Of a stretch of DNA of 64,000 bases, positions 8,842 to 19,096 are shown piece by piece. Numbering within the stretch: the stretch's first letter is position 1; each line of letters starts with the position of its first letter. Source of the DNA: Escherichia phage MN03; the sequence record NC_070990.1. One strand, written 5' to 3'. The notes beneath the pieces were generated by a model that did not search any database, was not told the DNA's origin, and saw nothing but the letters and a program-made list of their open reading frames with translations. The position numbers and the translations under genes were made by a program.

Positions 8842-10383
8842 ATGTCATTAGATAAACAAATTTATGAAGCTCTAACTGGTAACAATCTTAGTGTAGACGA
8901 AAAGAAAGCACTATTGAATATGTTGAAAGAGCGTGACCAATGGAGGAAGTATAATAGGATTTTGTCTTTCAAGGCGTATGACTTCCAAAAGAAATTTTAT
9001 GCAGCAGGATTGAAGCATCGCTTTAGATTCTTGTGTGCAGCGAACCGTGTTGGTAAATCTTACAGTGAGGCATACGAGTTTGCTTGTCATGTCACAGGTC
9101 GCTACCCAACTTGGTGGACAGGATATAAATTTAAAAGACCTATCTTAGCATGGGCAGTTGGTATTACAGGGGATTCCACAAGGAAAGTATTGCAAAAGGA
9201 ATTGTTTGGTACACCTATCGGAAAGGATACAAATTTATTGGGGACAGGTGTCATTCCTCGTGATGCTATCGTCATTGACACGATAGAACGAGATGGTAAC
9301 AAACTTCAAATCGTACAAATCAAACATCAAAACGAAAGAGGAGAGTTTGACGGTTTAAGTACATTAGAATTCCGTTCAACCCAACAGGGTGAACACACAT
9401 TGATGGGTGCAACAGTTGACTACATTTGGTTAGACGAAGAAGATCCATACGAGTCTATGGCTATATTCGCACAGTGCGTCACACGTACACTCACAACTAA
9501 AGGTCTAGTTACAATTACAGCTACACCAGAGAACGGTTTAACTGAACTGGTAGATAAATTTATGAAAGGTGAAGGGGATGAGAACACAGGTTCTCTATAT
9601 TTCCAGAATGCTTCTTGGTGGGATGCTCATGCAGACCTAGGTGGACATATCACTGACCAAGATATAAAAGATATGACTGAAGGTATTCCAGCGTGGCAGT
9701 TAGAGATGCGTTCGAAAGGTATGCCATTGTTAGGAAGTGGTTTGATTTATGATGTATCGGATGACACAATTAAATGTGAACCATTCGAAATTCCTGATAC
9801 GTGGAAACGTGTCTGTGCAATTGATATTGGTATTGATCACCCAACTGCTGCTGTTTGGACAGCTTACGATGCAAACACGGATACTATCTATGTTTACGAC
9901 TCATATAAAGAAGGTGGCTTTACTCCAGTGTATCATGCTCCAGCTATTAATGGTCGTGGTCAGTGGATTCCTGTCATCCTACCGCACGATGCGGACAATA
10001 TTGAGAAAGGTAGTGGCTCATCTGTTGCTCAATTCTATAAGAATGCAGGAGTTAACGTACAGAGTGAGACCTTCTACAACAAAATTGGAATGGATGGTAA
10101 AAAGAACTTCTTTGTAGAACCGGGAATCACAGATATCCGAGAAAGAATGATGAGTGGACGCTTTAAAATCTTTAACACAGCCGCTAATGCTAAGCTATTC
10201 GAAGAGAAAGCTAGATATCACCGTAAGGTTGGTAAGATTATTAAAGAACATGATGACTTAATGGATGCAATGCGCTATTCAGCGTGCTCTGTTACACATC
10301 GTGGTCGCTCTAAGCATGACGTTAGCTACGGAAGTGCTTCTCTGTATGAGGCAAACGTAAGCAGATGGAATCAGAGTTACTAA
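8842..10383 (+). CDS. Terminase large subunit (513 aa)
   Basis: Walker A-like CAANRVGKS, Walker B-like IWLDEED, size and position before portal; GGAGG SD. Confidence 0.85.
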   Translation: MSLDKQIYEALTGNNLSVDEKKALLNMLKERDQWRKYNRILSFKAYDFQKKFYAAGLKHRFRFLCAANRVGKSYSEAYEFACHVTGRYPTWWTGYKFKRPILAWAVGITGDSTRKVLQKELFGTPIGKDTNLLGTGVIPRDAIVIDTIERDGNKLQIVQIKHQNERGEFDGLSTLEFRSTQQGEHTLMGATVDYIWLDEEDPYESMAIFAQCVTRTLTTKGLVTITATPENGLTELVDKFMKGEGDENTGSLYFQNASWWDAHADLGGHITDQDIKDMTEGIPAWQLEMRSKGMPLLGSGLIYDVSDDTIKCEPFEIPDTWKRVCAIDIGIDHPTAAVWTAYDANTDTIYVYDSYKEGGFTPVYHAPAINGRGQWIPVILPHDADNIEKGSGSSVAQFYKNAGVNVQSETFYNKIGMDGKKNFFVEPGITDIRERMMSGRFKIFNTAANAKLFEEKARYHRKVGKIIKEHDDLMDAMRYSACSVTHRGRSKHDVSYGSASLYEANVSRWNQSY

Positions 10384-10390
10384 AGTAAGG

Positions 10391-10418
10391 GGGAGGTTTG
10401 TCCTCCCTTCTTTTATTT
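10391..10418 (+). terminator. Rho-independent terminator after terminase gene
   Basis: gggagg-tttgt-cctccc hairpin followed by ttcttttattt. Confidence 0.7.
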
Positions 10419-10444
10419 AAGCTATCAACCGAGGGAGAGAATCG

Positions 10445-12688
10445 ATGGCTAAGCAAAAATATAGTGAAGAGGTGTTGGACGAGTTACGTGTTGACCTTCA
10501 ACGTCGTTTTAATTACGCTCAAGGCTACGTGGACATGGCTGTTAAGGGCTATGCTCGTGAAGCTTGGGAATATTTCTATGGTAACTTACCTGCACCAGTA
10601 ACTGCTGGCAGCTCTAGTTGGGTAGATCGTACTGTTTGGGAATCTGTTAACGGTACATTGCAAGATATTATTAACGTATTCTGCTCTGGTGATGAAGCAG
10701 TTACTTTCGTAGCTGACAACCAACAGGATTCTGATGCTGCTGATGTAGCAACTAAATTAGTCAACCAAATTCTTCTGCGTGATAATCCGGGATACAATAT
10801 TATCTCTTCTGCTGCACAAGAATGTCTGGTTACTCGTAACTCTTTTATCAAGTATTATTGGGATGAACAAACTTCTACTCAAACTGAAGAAGCTGAAGGT
10901 GTACCACCGGAAGCATTGGCTGCATATGTTCAGGGATTAGAAGCTGGTGGACTCAAGAATCTGGAAGTCTTCACTGAAGAAAATGAAGACGGTACAGTCG
11001 ATGTTAAAGTTACTTACGAACAAACTGTTAAACGTGTGAAAGTTGAATATGTTCCTTCAGAGCAAATCTTTGTTGATGAACATGCTACCTCTTTTGCAGA
11101 TGCACAATACTTCTGTCATCGTGTACGTCGTTCTAAAGAAGATCTGGTTGCTATGGGCTTCCCTAAAGATGAGATTGAAGCATTCAACGACTGGACAGAT
11201 ACGATGGATACCACTCAATCTACAGTTGCTTGGTCTCGTACTGACTGGCGTCAGGATATTGATGCTGATATTGGTACAGATACCGAAGATATCGCTTCTA
11301 TGGTTTGGGTTTATGAGCACTACATCCGTACTGGTGTTCTAGATAAGAATAAAGAGTCTAAACTCTATCAGGTTATCCAAGCTGGCGAGCATATCCTTCA
11401 CACTGAAGAAGTAACTCACATTCCGTTTGTAACCTTCTGCCCGTATCCGATTCCGGGTTCCTTCTACGGTCAATCAGTCTATGACATTACGAAAGATATT
11501 CAAGATTTACGTACCGCGTTAGTTCGTGGTTATATTGATAACGTCAACAATGCTAACTATGGTCGATACAAAGCCCTTGTTGGTGCATACGATCGTCGCT
11601 CTCTGCTTGATAACCGTCCCGGTGGAGTGGTTGAAATGGAACGTCAGGACGCTATTGACCTGTTCCCATACCATAACCTACCTCAAGGTATTGACGGCCT
11701 CCTAGGCATGTCTGAGGAGCTTAAAGAGACACGTACAGGTGTAACCAAACTAGGCATGGGCATCAACCCTGATGTGTTTAAGAATGATAACGCTTATGCA
11801 ACCGTCGGCTTGATGATGAATGCTGCACAGAACCGCCTCCGTATGGTATGTCGTAACATTGCTCACAATGGTATGGTTGAATTGATGCGTGGTATTTACA
11901 ACCTTATCAGAGAAAATGGTGAAGTTCCTATCGAGGTACAAACCCCTCGTGGTATGATTCAGGTAAACCCAAAACAATTACCAGCTCGTCACAACCTTCA
12001 AGTTGTTGTAGCCATCTCCCCTAACGAGAAAGCAGAACGTGCACAGAAACTGATTAGCTTGAAACAGCTGATTGCAGCAGATGCACAGTTAGCACCTCTC
12101 TTTGGTTTGGAGCAAGACCGTTACATGACTGCACAGATCTTTGAGTTGATGGGTATTAAAGATACTCATAAATACCTTCTGCCTCTGGAACAGTATCAAC
12201 CTCCAGAACCTTCTCCGATGGAAATCCTCCAGCTCGAGATGACTAAAGCTCAGGTTGAGAACGTACAGGCTTCTTCTCAGAAGATGATTGCTGATGCATT
12301 CGACCAACGTGAACGTACTACATTCGAACAGCAGAAAGCTGCGGATGAATTAAGTCTGCGTCAGGAAGAGTTGCAGTTCAAGCAAGAAAATGCAGCAGAT
12401 GCAATGACTCTGGAAAACCGTAAAGAAGATAACAATGCTACTCTGGAACAAGCTAAGCACAAGTTAGCTCTTATGCAACAGCAGGTCCGTCAGTATGAAT
12501 CTGTACTGAAAGAATTGCAGATGGTTATGTCTCATCAGGTAGACCAAGAGAAGATTGTTCAGCAAGCTCGTGTTCAGGACAAAACTTTGGAACTCCAAAA
12601 GAAAGAAGCTAATGTAACTAAGAAAGAGCAACAAGCTTCTCTCAAAGATTCACGGATTCCAGGCAAACGTCTTGGAAGTAAAAAGTAA
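10445..12688 (+). CDS. Portal protein (747 aa) with long coiled-coil C-terminal tail
   Basis: Large gene directly after the large terminase and before scaffold/capsid; call by synteny and size. Confidence 0.7.
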   Translation: MAKQKYSEEVLDELRVDLQRRFNYAQGYVDMAVKGYAREAWEYFYGNLPAPVTAGSSSWVDRTVWESVNGTLQDIINVFCSGDEAVTFVADNQQDSDAADVATKLVNQILLRDNPGYNIISSAAQECLVTRNSFIKYYWDEQTSTQTEEAEGVPPEALAAYVQGLEAGGLKNLEVFTEENEDGTVDVKVTYEQTVKRVKVEYVPSEQIFVDEHATSFADAQYFCHRVRRSKEDLVAMGFPKDEIEAFNDWTDTMDTTQSTVAWSRTDWRQDIDADIGTDTEDIASMVWVYEHYIRTGVLDKNKESKLYQVIQAGEHILHTEEVTHIPFVTFCPYPIPGSFYGQSVYDITKDIQDLRTALVRGYIDNVNNANYGRYKALVGAYDRRSLLDNRPGGVVEMERQDAIDLFPYHNLPQGIDGLLGMSEELKETRTGVTKLGMGINPDVFKNDNAYATVGLMMNAAQNRLRMVCRNIAHNGMVELMRGIYNLIRENGEVPIEVQTPRGMIQVNPKQLPARHNLQVVVAISPNEKAERAQKLISLKQLIAADAQLAPLFGLEQDRYMTAQIFELMGIKDTHKYLLPLEQYQPPEPSPMEILQLEMTKAQVENVQASSQKMIADAFDQRERTTFEQQKAADELSLRQEELQFKQENAADAMTLENRKEDNNATLEQAKHKLALMQQQVRQYESVLKELQMVMSHQVDQEKIVQQARVQDKTLELQKKEANVTKKEQQASLKDSRIPGKRLGSKK

Positions 12689-12697
12689 GGACGTCGA

Positions 12698-12934
12698 ATG
12701 AACATTAGGCATCAATTCAATAAAGAGCACGCCGCCGCTTTGGCGGCTCTCAATCTTAACGGCAGTCTTGACGCAGCATTAGAGGCATTGAAAGAAAGAC
12801 TCATGACAGAGATAGTTCAAACTGAACCTCATGAGAATAAGAAACGCGAAGATTGTTATCAAAAGTATAAAATGGTGGGTAGCTTAAAAGAGGTCATAAA
12901 AGCTGCTATCAATAGTGCAGGAGATGTTTCATAA
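12698..12934 (+). CDS. Hypothetical protein (78 aa)
   Basis: ORF track; AAGGA SD; TAATG stop-start overlap with next gene. Confidence 0.4.
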   Translation: MNIRHQFNKEHAAALAALNLNGSLDAALEALKERLMTEIVQTEPHENKKREDCYQKYKMVGSLKEVIKAAINSAGDVS

Positions 12935-14010
12935 TGCCACAAGATAATTATATTGACCCGAACGATTTTAAATCTTTCCTCCAACTGGATGACCTGAAAG
13001 GTTCTTTCAAAGAAGAACTCGGTCGATTAGAATCTGAACAAGAACCAGAAGTGGACATTGACGATGAGTTCCCGGAAAAAGACGGTGACGATTTCGACTT
13101 TGATACCGACCTTCTCGGTGAAAGCGATGAGCTTAAGTTCGAAGATGAAGATGGTTGGGAAGATCGTGAAGAGGAAGGCGAAGTCGAAGAAGATGAAGAT
13201 GAATCCTCTGAAGCAGAAGAACAAGAGGAAGAAGATTCAAGCGATGCAGAGTATGAAGATGATTCTGCTGACGGTGAAGGTGAAGTCTTTGATGTAGACT
13301 ACGAGACCGTTATCACCCTTCCTGATGGACGTGAGATGACTATTGAAGAACTTTCTAATGGCTATCTTACTGGTGCTGATATGACAGAACGAGAATCAAC
13401 TCTTCAGCGTCATATGGAAGCATTCGAGGAACGTGTAGTAGGTTTGAAGGATGTATTAGAACTAGCGTCTTTAGAAGCAGACCGAGTAATTGAAGATTAT
13501 AACGGTTTTGATTGGGACAAGCTTGCAGTAGAAGATCCTCAAGCATATGTTGAAAACAAACGTTTCCTAGAGAAGTACACAGCTCGCCGTCAACAGCTTG
13601 AACAGGCTCAGGTCCGTATTAAGCAGGAAGCAGCAGCTAAAGAGCAGGAAGCTTTCCAAGCCAAGAGTATTGAATGTGTTAATATTCTGAAACGTGAGAT
13701 TCCAAATTGGGATGAAAACTTATATCAAAACTTAATGCAATACGCAATTGACTTAGGTGCTACTGAAGAAGAAGTATTGAAGGAAAACCGTCCGTCTATT
13801 TTCCTAGCTCTCCACAAAGCATACCAATTTGATAAAGGTAAGCAACAGGTGATGGCTAAGATTAAACGTCCCGGTGCTCCACGCAAGGTTGTGAAGTCTG
13901 ATGCTGCAAAGTCTCGCACTTCCAATAAGCCCGACAACGCTAAGGTTGCCAAGGCATTCGCAGAGGGTCGCGTTAGTCACGAAGACGCATTCAAATTCCT
14001 CGTAGATTAA
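12934..14010 (+). CDS. Putative scaffolding protein (358 aa), highly acidic N-terminal region
   Basis: Asp/Glu-rich low-complexity N-terminus, helical C-terminal part, located between portal and major capsid. Confidence 0.5.
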   Translation: MPQDNYIDPNDFKSFLQLDDLKGSFKEELGRLESEQEPEVDIDDEFPEKDGDDFDFDTDLLGESDELKFEDEDGWEDREEEGEVEEDEDESSEAEEQEEEDSSDAEYEDDSADGEGEVFDVDYETVITLPDGREMTIEELSNGYLTGADMTERESTLQRHMEAFEERVVGLKDVLELASLEADRVIEDYNGFDWDKLAVEDPQAYVENKRFLEKYTARRQQLEQAQVRIKQEAAAKEQEAFQAKSIECVNILKREIPNWDENLYQNLMQYAIDLGATEEEVLKENRPSIFLALHKAYQFDKGKQQVMAKIKRPGAPRKVVKSDAAKSRTSNKPDNAKVAKAFAEGRVSHEDAFKFLVD

Positions 14011-14051
14011 TCGACAAATTAAATTATTAATAGTATAGGAGCTAACATAAC

Positions 14052-15110
14052 ATGGCTAATCCAACTTTATTTGTATCGTATGACCAGAATGGTAAAAAAC
14101 TTTCTTTTGCTAACTGGATTTCTGTTCTGTCCCCTCAGGATACCCCGTTCGTATCTATGACCGGTAAAGAGTCTATCAACCAGACTATCTTTAGCTGGCA
14201 GACCGATGCACTGGCAAGCGTTGACGGTAATAACGCACACGTCGAAGGCTCTCGTGCTGAAGACGGCGAAATGAAACCGACTGTTATCAAATCTAACGTT
14301 ACTCAGATTCTGCGTAAGGTTGTTCGTGTTTCTGATACTGCTAACACCACCGCTAACTACGGTCGTGGTCGTGAACTGATGTATCAGCTGGAGAAGAAAG
14401 GTAAAGAGATCAAGCGTGACCTCGAGAAAATCCTTCTGTCCGGTCAGGCTCGTACCGACGTTCTGGCTGATCAGTACCTGACTAACTCTGCAACTGATCC
14501 TGCAACTGTTGGTCTGAACGACACTCATGCAGCTCGTAAGACTGGTGCATTCCAGTTCCTGTGTGCTCACGGTGGTCTTGCTGGTGGCGTTGTTGACAAG
14601 ACCAAGAATGGTCCTGCTGACCCGGATACTGGTGCAGTAACTGTTAAAGTTGCACAGAATGCTTCTAACCCGACCACTAACATTGGTTTTGACGAAGCTG
14701 ATATCTTTGATATGACTCTGCAACTGTATACCGCTGGTTCTGAAGCAGATATCATCATGATTAACCCGGCTCATGCTAAGATCTTCGCTGGTCTGCAAGA
14801 AAATACTCAGGGTTCACGTAAGCGTATCTTTGAGAACACCAAGCAGTTCATCTACGAAGTTAACAGCATCACTGACCCGCTGGGCCAGAGCTACAAAATC
14901 ATCGTTAACCGTTGGATGCCTACCGATGCAGTTTACTTCTTCCGTAGCGCTGACTGGACTCAGATGGTTCTGCGTGCTCCGAAACGCACTGAACTGGCTA
15001 AAGACGGTTCTTACGAGAAGTGGATGATTGAAATGGAAGTTGGTCTGCGTCACCGCAACCCGTACGCTTCCGGCGTTCTGTTCACTGCCGCGGGAAAGGT
15101 GGTGGCGTAA
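14052..15110 (+). CDS. Major capsid protein (352 aa, short form)
   Basis: Position after scaffold, strong SD, followed by frameshift extension and a strong terminator; typical size. Confidence 0.8.
   Translation: MANPTLFVSYDQNGKKLSFANWISVLSPQDTPFVSMTGKESINQTIFSWQTDALASVDGNNAHVEGSRAEDGEMKPTVIKSNVTQILRKVVRVSDTANTTANYGRGRELMYQLEKKGKEIKRDLEKILLSGQARTDVLADQYLTNSATDPATVGLNDTHAARKTGAFQFLCAHGGLAGGVVDKTKNGPADPDTGAVTVKVAQNASNPTTNIGFDEADIFDMTLQLYTAGSEADIIMINPAHAKIFAGLQENTQGSRKRIFENTKQFIYEVNSITDPLGQSYKIIVNRWMPTDAVYFFRSADWTQMVLRAPKRTELAKDGSYEKWMIEMEVGLRHRNPYASGVLFTAAGKVVA
15092..15098 (+). promoter_or_regulatory. Candidate -1 programmed ribosomal frameshift slippery heptamer G GGA AAG
   Basis: GGGAAAG lies in the capsid frame as GGA-AAG, 10 nt before the capsid stop; the -1 frame is open from here into the Ig-like ORF. 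Confidence 0.5.
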
Positions 15111-15634
15111 CAGTAGACAGTGTGACTGTTAGCCCTGCGTCTTTAGCAAGTCTAGAGACAGGGGCTACTCGGCAGTTCACTGCAAGCGCGGAGAAAAGTG
15201 ATGGTTCTACCGAAACAACTGGCTTTACTTGGTCAGTGACAGGAGGTGGTTCTATCACTCAGTCTGGTTTGTATACTGCTCCGAGTGCGTCTCAATCCAC
15301 TGATGTATCCATTACTGCAACTTTAGAAGGTGTTTCTGGTACAGCAACCATTTCTGAAATTGTTGCTCCTGCTCCTACTATTGTAGCTAAGGGTCCAATT
15401 ACGGGTAAAACTGGTGGTTCTTCCACTAACTTCACTACCATGTTTACTGTAACTAGTTCTACTGCTGCGGATTACACGTTTGTTGTAACCCCTACAGAAG
15501 CTGGTACAGTAAGCGCCGCTGGTGCGTTAACCTTAGATGCTGCTGCAAGTGGCGAAGTTACTGTTCAAGCAAGTTTGACAGCTGACCCATCCATCAATGC
15601 AACATGCACTTTTACTGGTGTAACACCTGCTTAA
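15092..15634 (+). CDS. Ig-like (Big_2-type) C-terminal extension of the major capsid protein, reached by -1 frameshift
   Basis: ORF 15122..15634 has no SD and is in the -1 frame relative to the capsid gene; sequence TVSPASLASLETGATRQFTASAEK...TWSV...ITATLEGVSGTATISE resembles bacterial Ig-like group 2 domains. Confidence 0.55.
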   Translation, partial: GKGGGVTVDSVTVSPASLASLETGATRQFTASAEKSDGSTETTGFTWSVTGGGSITQSGLYTAPSASQSTDVSITATLEGVSGTATISEIVAPAPTIVAKGPITGKTGGSSTNFTTMFTVTSSTAADYTFVVTPTEAGTVSAAGALTLDAAASGEVTVQASLTADPSINATCTFTGVTPA

Positions 15635-15641
15635 AATTAGA

Positions 15642-15670
15642 CCCTGCCTTCGGGCGGGGTTTTTTCGTTT
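15642..15670 (+). terminator. Strong rho-independent terminator after the capsid gene
   Basis: ccctgcc-ttcg-ggcgggg hairpin followed by ttttttcgtttt. Confidence 0.8.
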
Positions 15671-15693
15671 TAAGACCTATACAAGCCAGTGTG

Positions 15694-15702
15694 TAATGTA
15701 TA
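15694..15702 (+). promoter_or_regulatory. Phage-type promoter element TAATGTATA, 34 nt upstream of the 15736 start codon
   Basis: One of six near-identical AATGTATA-core motifs, all in intergenic DNA and mostly 34-60 nt before a start codon. Confidence 0.45.
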
Positions 15703-15735
15703 TTCTTTGTCTACATATAACAAGGAGGACAACCT

Positions 15736-16488
15736 ATGGCAATGCCAGATGTTCAATACCCCATCAATACCTATGGGTGGCTAAAGAAGGCCGTGGCCCT
15801 CTGGGCAGATAGGGACGATGACGAATTTGTTAATCAAATTCCAAACTTTATTAACTTTGCAGAGAAAGAGATTTATCGTAACTTACGTATTCCTCCTCTG
15901 GAAAAAGAAGTATATTTAGATATTAAAGATGGAGTAGCTTACATTCCTCCTGATTACTTAGAAGCTCAATGGATGATGAGAGCCAAAGATGGCACAATCT
16001 TCCAAGTAACCTCTCCTGAAGAGATTAGCTATCGTAGACAGCATGGAACAATTAACCCATCTCACTGGAATAACCAACCTGTCAACTTTGCTCGTTTCGG
16101 TAGTCGTTTCATTTTCTACCCTAGCATCGAAGCAGATACTCCGTACTACCCTGATGATGGAAGCCCTTTGATTCCAGCAGAAAACTCAGTGATTCTTAGC
16201 TATTATGCAGACCCACCGGAATTCCATGAAGATACAGATACTAGTACTATTCTTACTATAGCACCAGAACTTCTTCTGTATTTCACCCTACGTCATGCTT
16301 GTCTCTTTGTTCAAGATGATAATGGTGTTCAGAAATGGTCAGCATTAGGAAAAGCTATCCTTGATGAAATGGTAGAACAGAATAAGAAACAAGAGTACTC
16401 AGGTTCACCTATCGCAATTCCGAATAACATGACTCGACTTCAGAGCAGCTTGCCTGATATTTATGGTATTCGTACTTCTCGTGTATAA
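15736..16488 (+). CDS. Virion structural protein (250 aa), function unknown
   Basis: ORF track; AAGGAGG SD; within structural module. Confidence 0.5.
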   Translation: MAMPDVQYPINTYGWLKKAVALWADRDDDEFVNQIPNFINFAEKEIYRNLRIPPLEKEVYLDIKDGVAYIPPDYLEAQWMMRAKDGTIFQVTSPEEISYRRQHGTINPSHWNNQPVNFARFGSRFIFYPSIEADTPYYPDDGSPLIPAENSVILSYYADPPEFHEDTDTSTILTIAPELLLYFTLRHACLFVQDDNGVQKWSALGKAILDEMVEQNKKQEYSGSPIAIPNNMTRLQSSLPDIYGIRTSRV

Positions 16489-16497
16489 GGAGATAAT

Positions 16498-19056
16498 ATG
16501 ATCGTTTATAATAACCAAGCACCTGATGCAGTGAATAACGTTGGGCAGTTTGGTGCTACTGAAGGCTCTATCGGAGCTTACAAGCAAGCAGCAGAATATG
16601 CAGCTGACTCCAAATATTGGGCACTGCTAGCAGAATCTAAGTTTGGTACAATTGATGATTTAATCGCTGAAGTAGAACGTCTATATCAACAGGGTGTTCT
16701 GATGAAGCAGGATATTGAAGATCTTAAGCAGGATTTTAAGGATCAAGATGCTCGTTTGATGACTCTGATTGCCCAAACCAACGCAGCAGTATCGGATGCT
16801 AATAATGCCGTTGCTCTCATTAACCAAAAACTTATTGAAGTCCAGAATCAGCTTGATGTTCTGTTAGGAATGTCTGTTGATGTAACAACTCTCCCTCCGG
16901 GAACTCCGGCTACTGGCTCTTTTAATCCTAACACTGGTGTAATCTCTTTAGGTATTCCAGAAGGTGATCCCGGAAAAGATGGTTCTGTTAAGGATTTGGA
17001 TACAGCACCTACAGGTGTTCCAGAGCTAGGTGATTTAGGTTTCTATGTTGACAAAGATGACAATACCGTCCACAAAACTACTCTAGATAACATTGCTAAT
17101 TTAATCCCATCTGTTCGTTCTGTCTCTATTAACGGCGGTCCAGCTCTTGATGGAGAGGTTGCTCTAACACTTAACAAAGAGACGGTAGGTTTAGGGAATG
17201 TTCTGAACGTTGCTCAGTACAGTCGTCAAGAGATTAATGACAAGTTTGATAAAACCACCAAGACATATCAATCTAAAGCAGAAGCTGATGCTGACGCTCA
17301 GTATCGCCAAGTTGGTGAGAAGGTCTTAGTTTGGGAAGCTACTAAGTATGAATTTTATACTGTTGCTGCTAACAAAACATTAACTCCTGTTAAAACTGAA
17401 GGTAGAATTCTTACTGTTAATTCCCGTTCTCCAGACTCCAGTGGTAATATTGACATTACCATTCCAACAGGAAACCCTTCTCTATATCTTGGTGAGATGG
17501 TAATGTTCCCTTATGACCCAACGAAGAATATCTCCTATCCGGGCGTTCTTCCAGCCGATGGTCGTCTAGTGTCTAAAGAGTCTGCTTCAGATTTAGGCCC
17601 ATCCCTTGTCAGCGGACAGCTCCCTGTTGTTTCAGAAACTGAATGGCAATCGGGGGCTAAACAGTACTTCTCTTGGGGTAAATTGGCAGATGGTATTACC
17701 GATGCAGATTCTACTAATTTTATCAACATTCGACTTCCTGATTGGACTGGAGGGGAGGCAATAAGAGCACCAGATTCTGATAAAGACTCTCAGTACAATG
17801 GGTCTGTACAGGCTCAGAAACCTTATGTTGTTACTGTAAATAACCAAGCTCCTGATGAGATTACTGGTAATGTGAACATCTCCAGATCAATTTTAGGTGC
17901 TGCCGCTTCTGGTACAAACTCTGATATAACATCCCTCACGGGACTCACTACAGCACTGTCTGTCACACAAGGAGGCACTGGAGCTAAAGACGCTGCTAGT
18001 GCTCGTTCTAATCTAGGTCTAAGCTCCATAGCTACACTCAACACAATTCCTATAGCTAATGGTGGTACAGGGGCAACTACTGTTGATGCTGCTCGTTCCA
18101 ATTTATCTATAGATAGAGTTGATCAAGCCTCTGGGGAGAGTAGATTACTATCTCCTAACAAAGAAACCTACCTCTTTGTGGATAATAATGGGTGGGGATG
18201 TTATAGTACCTCGCCTGGAAGAGTTGGCGATTTGGCTCTAGGTGTTGAAAGAGGAGGCACTGGAGCTAAAAATGCTGCTAGTGCTCGTTCTAATCTAGGG
18301 TTGGGAAGTGTTTCTACTCTGGATAATGTACCTATTGCTAATGGTGGGACAGGGGCTGGAGATGCTGCTGGTGCAAGGTTCAATATTGGAGCGCTAAGTA
18401 ACACCCCAGCAAATTCAGGCGTAGGTGGTACTGGGGATCGTGTCCAACATGCCTCCGGGAACGGCCTGTTTACTTTAGACTTGTTTAACTGCTACTGGTA
18501 TATGCAGCCAGAGGATACTAACTTCTGGATTGCCCACGGTGTGTCATATGCAGGGTCTGGTGGCGAAGCCTCACAATACGGTCGCATATCTTACGCAATA
18601 AAGATTGCAGACGGAACAATAAAATATGTCCATTGTCTTACAAACAAAAACACCACTGTTGATGTAAACGGATTTATCAAAGCGGCATCTCCGGTAGTTC
18701 ATATTTACTCCGACGGTAGATATGAGACGAACGAGGAATCTGAGGGGGTTAATGTCATTCGGCAAGGTGTTGGTGAGTACTTGATTACCGGTTGCCTTGG
18801 CTTAAACGCAGATGCAAAATGGGGAGGCATTGACGGCGGCTTTGAAATCCCTACTGACCGCAACAAACAACCTAGGGTTTGGCTGGACTATGAGATTAAA
18901 GAAGATGGTTCTATTTTAGTTAAAACCTATCACAGAACCCATCCAACCTCTCCGGTTTTTGCTAGAAATGAGATAGAAGGTTTTTCTGACGGTGATCCTA
19001 TTGATATCCCGAGTGATGCTTTTATTTCAGTTCGTGTTGAAATGCCTTCTGAGTAA
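16498..19056 (+). CDS. Tail fibre protein (852 aa) with internal GGTGA...SARSNLGL repeats
   Basis: Two to three copies of a ~45-aa motif (GGTGAKDAASARSNLGLSSIATL...PIANGGTGA); position in tail module. Confidence 0.65.
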   Translation: MIVYNNQAPDAVNNVGQFGATEGSIGAYKQAAEYAADSKYWALLAESKFGTIDDLIAEVERLYQQGVLMKQDIEDLKQDFKDQDARLMTLIAQTNAAVSDANNAVALINQKLIEVQNQLDVLLGMSVDVTTLPPGTPATGSFNPNTGVISLGIPEGDPGKDGSVKDLDTAPTGVPELGDLGFYVDKDDNTVHKTTLDNIANLIPSVRSVSINGGPALDGEVALTLNKETVGLGNVLNVAQYSRQEINDKFDKTTKTYQSKAEADADAQYRQVGEKVLVWEATKYEFYTVAANKTLTPVKTEGRILTVNSRSPDSSGNIDITIPTGNPSLYLGEMVMFPYDPTKNISYPGVLPADGRLVSKESASDLGPSLVSGQLPVVSETEWQSGAKQYFSWGKLADGITDADSTNFINIRLPDWTGGEAIRAPDSDKDSQYNGSVQAQKPYVVTVNNQAPDEITGNVNISRSILGAAASGTNSDITSLTGLTTALSVTQGGTGAKDAASARSNLGLSSIATLNTIPIANGGTGATTVDAARSNLSIDRVDQASGESRLLSPNKETYLFVDNNGWGCYSTSPGRVGDLALGVERGGTGAKNAASARSNLGLGSVSTLDNVPIANGGTGAGDAAGARFNIGALSNTPANSGVGGTGDRVQHASGNGLFTLDLFNCYWYMQPEDTNFWIAHGVSYAGSGGEASQYGRISYAIKIADGTIKYVHCLTNKNTTVDVNGFIKAASPVVHIYSDGRYETNEESEGVNVIRQGVGEYLITGCLGLNADAKWGGIDGGFEIPTDRNKQPRVWLDYEIKEDGSILVKTYHRTHPTSPVFARNEIEGFSDGDPIDIPSDAFISVRVEMPSE

Positions 19057-19065
19057 TTTAACAAT

Positions 19066-19084
19066 GCTCCCTTCGGGGGGCTTT
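19066..19084 (+). terminator. Hairpin with UUCG-type loop after the tail fibre gene (weak T-run)
   Basis: gctccc-ttcg-gggggc followed by ttt. Confidence 0.4.
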
Positions 19085-19096
19085 AAGGAGATTTAA

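Noticed and set aside
14067-14798. 243-aa minus-strand ORF, and similar antisense ORFs such as 2385..2747, 31681..32166 and 60344..60712
   Set aside because: They lie wholly inside well-supported genes on the opposite strand, lack SD sequences and have low-complexity translations; treated as shadow ORFs.
15122-15634. Independent initiation of the Ig-like ORF at GTG 15122
   Set aside because: No SD upstream, and the frame is continuously open back to the slippery heptamer in the capsid gene; frameshift fusion is more economical.
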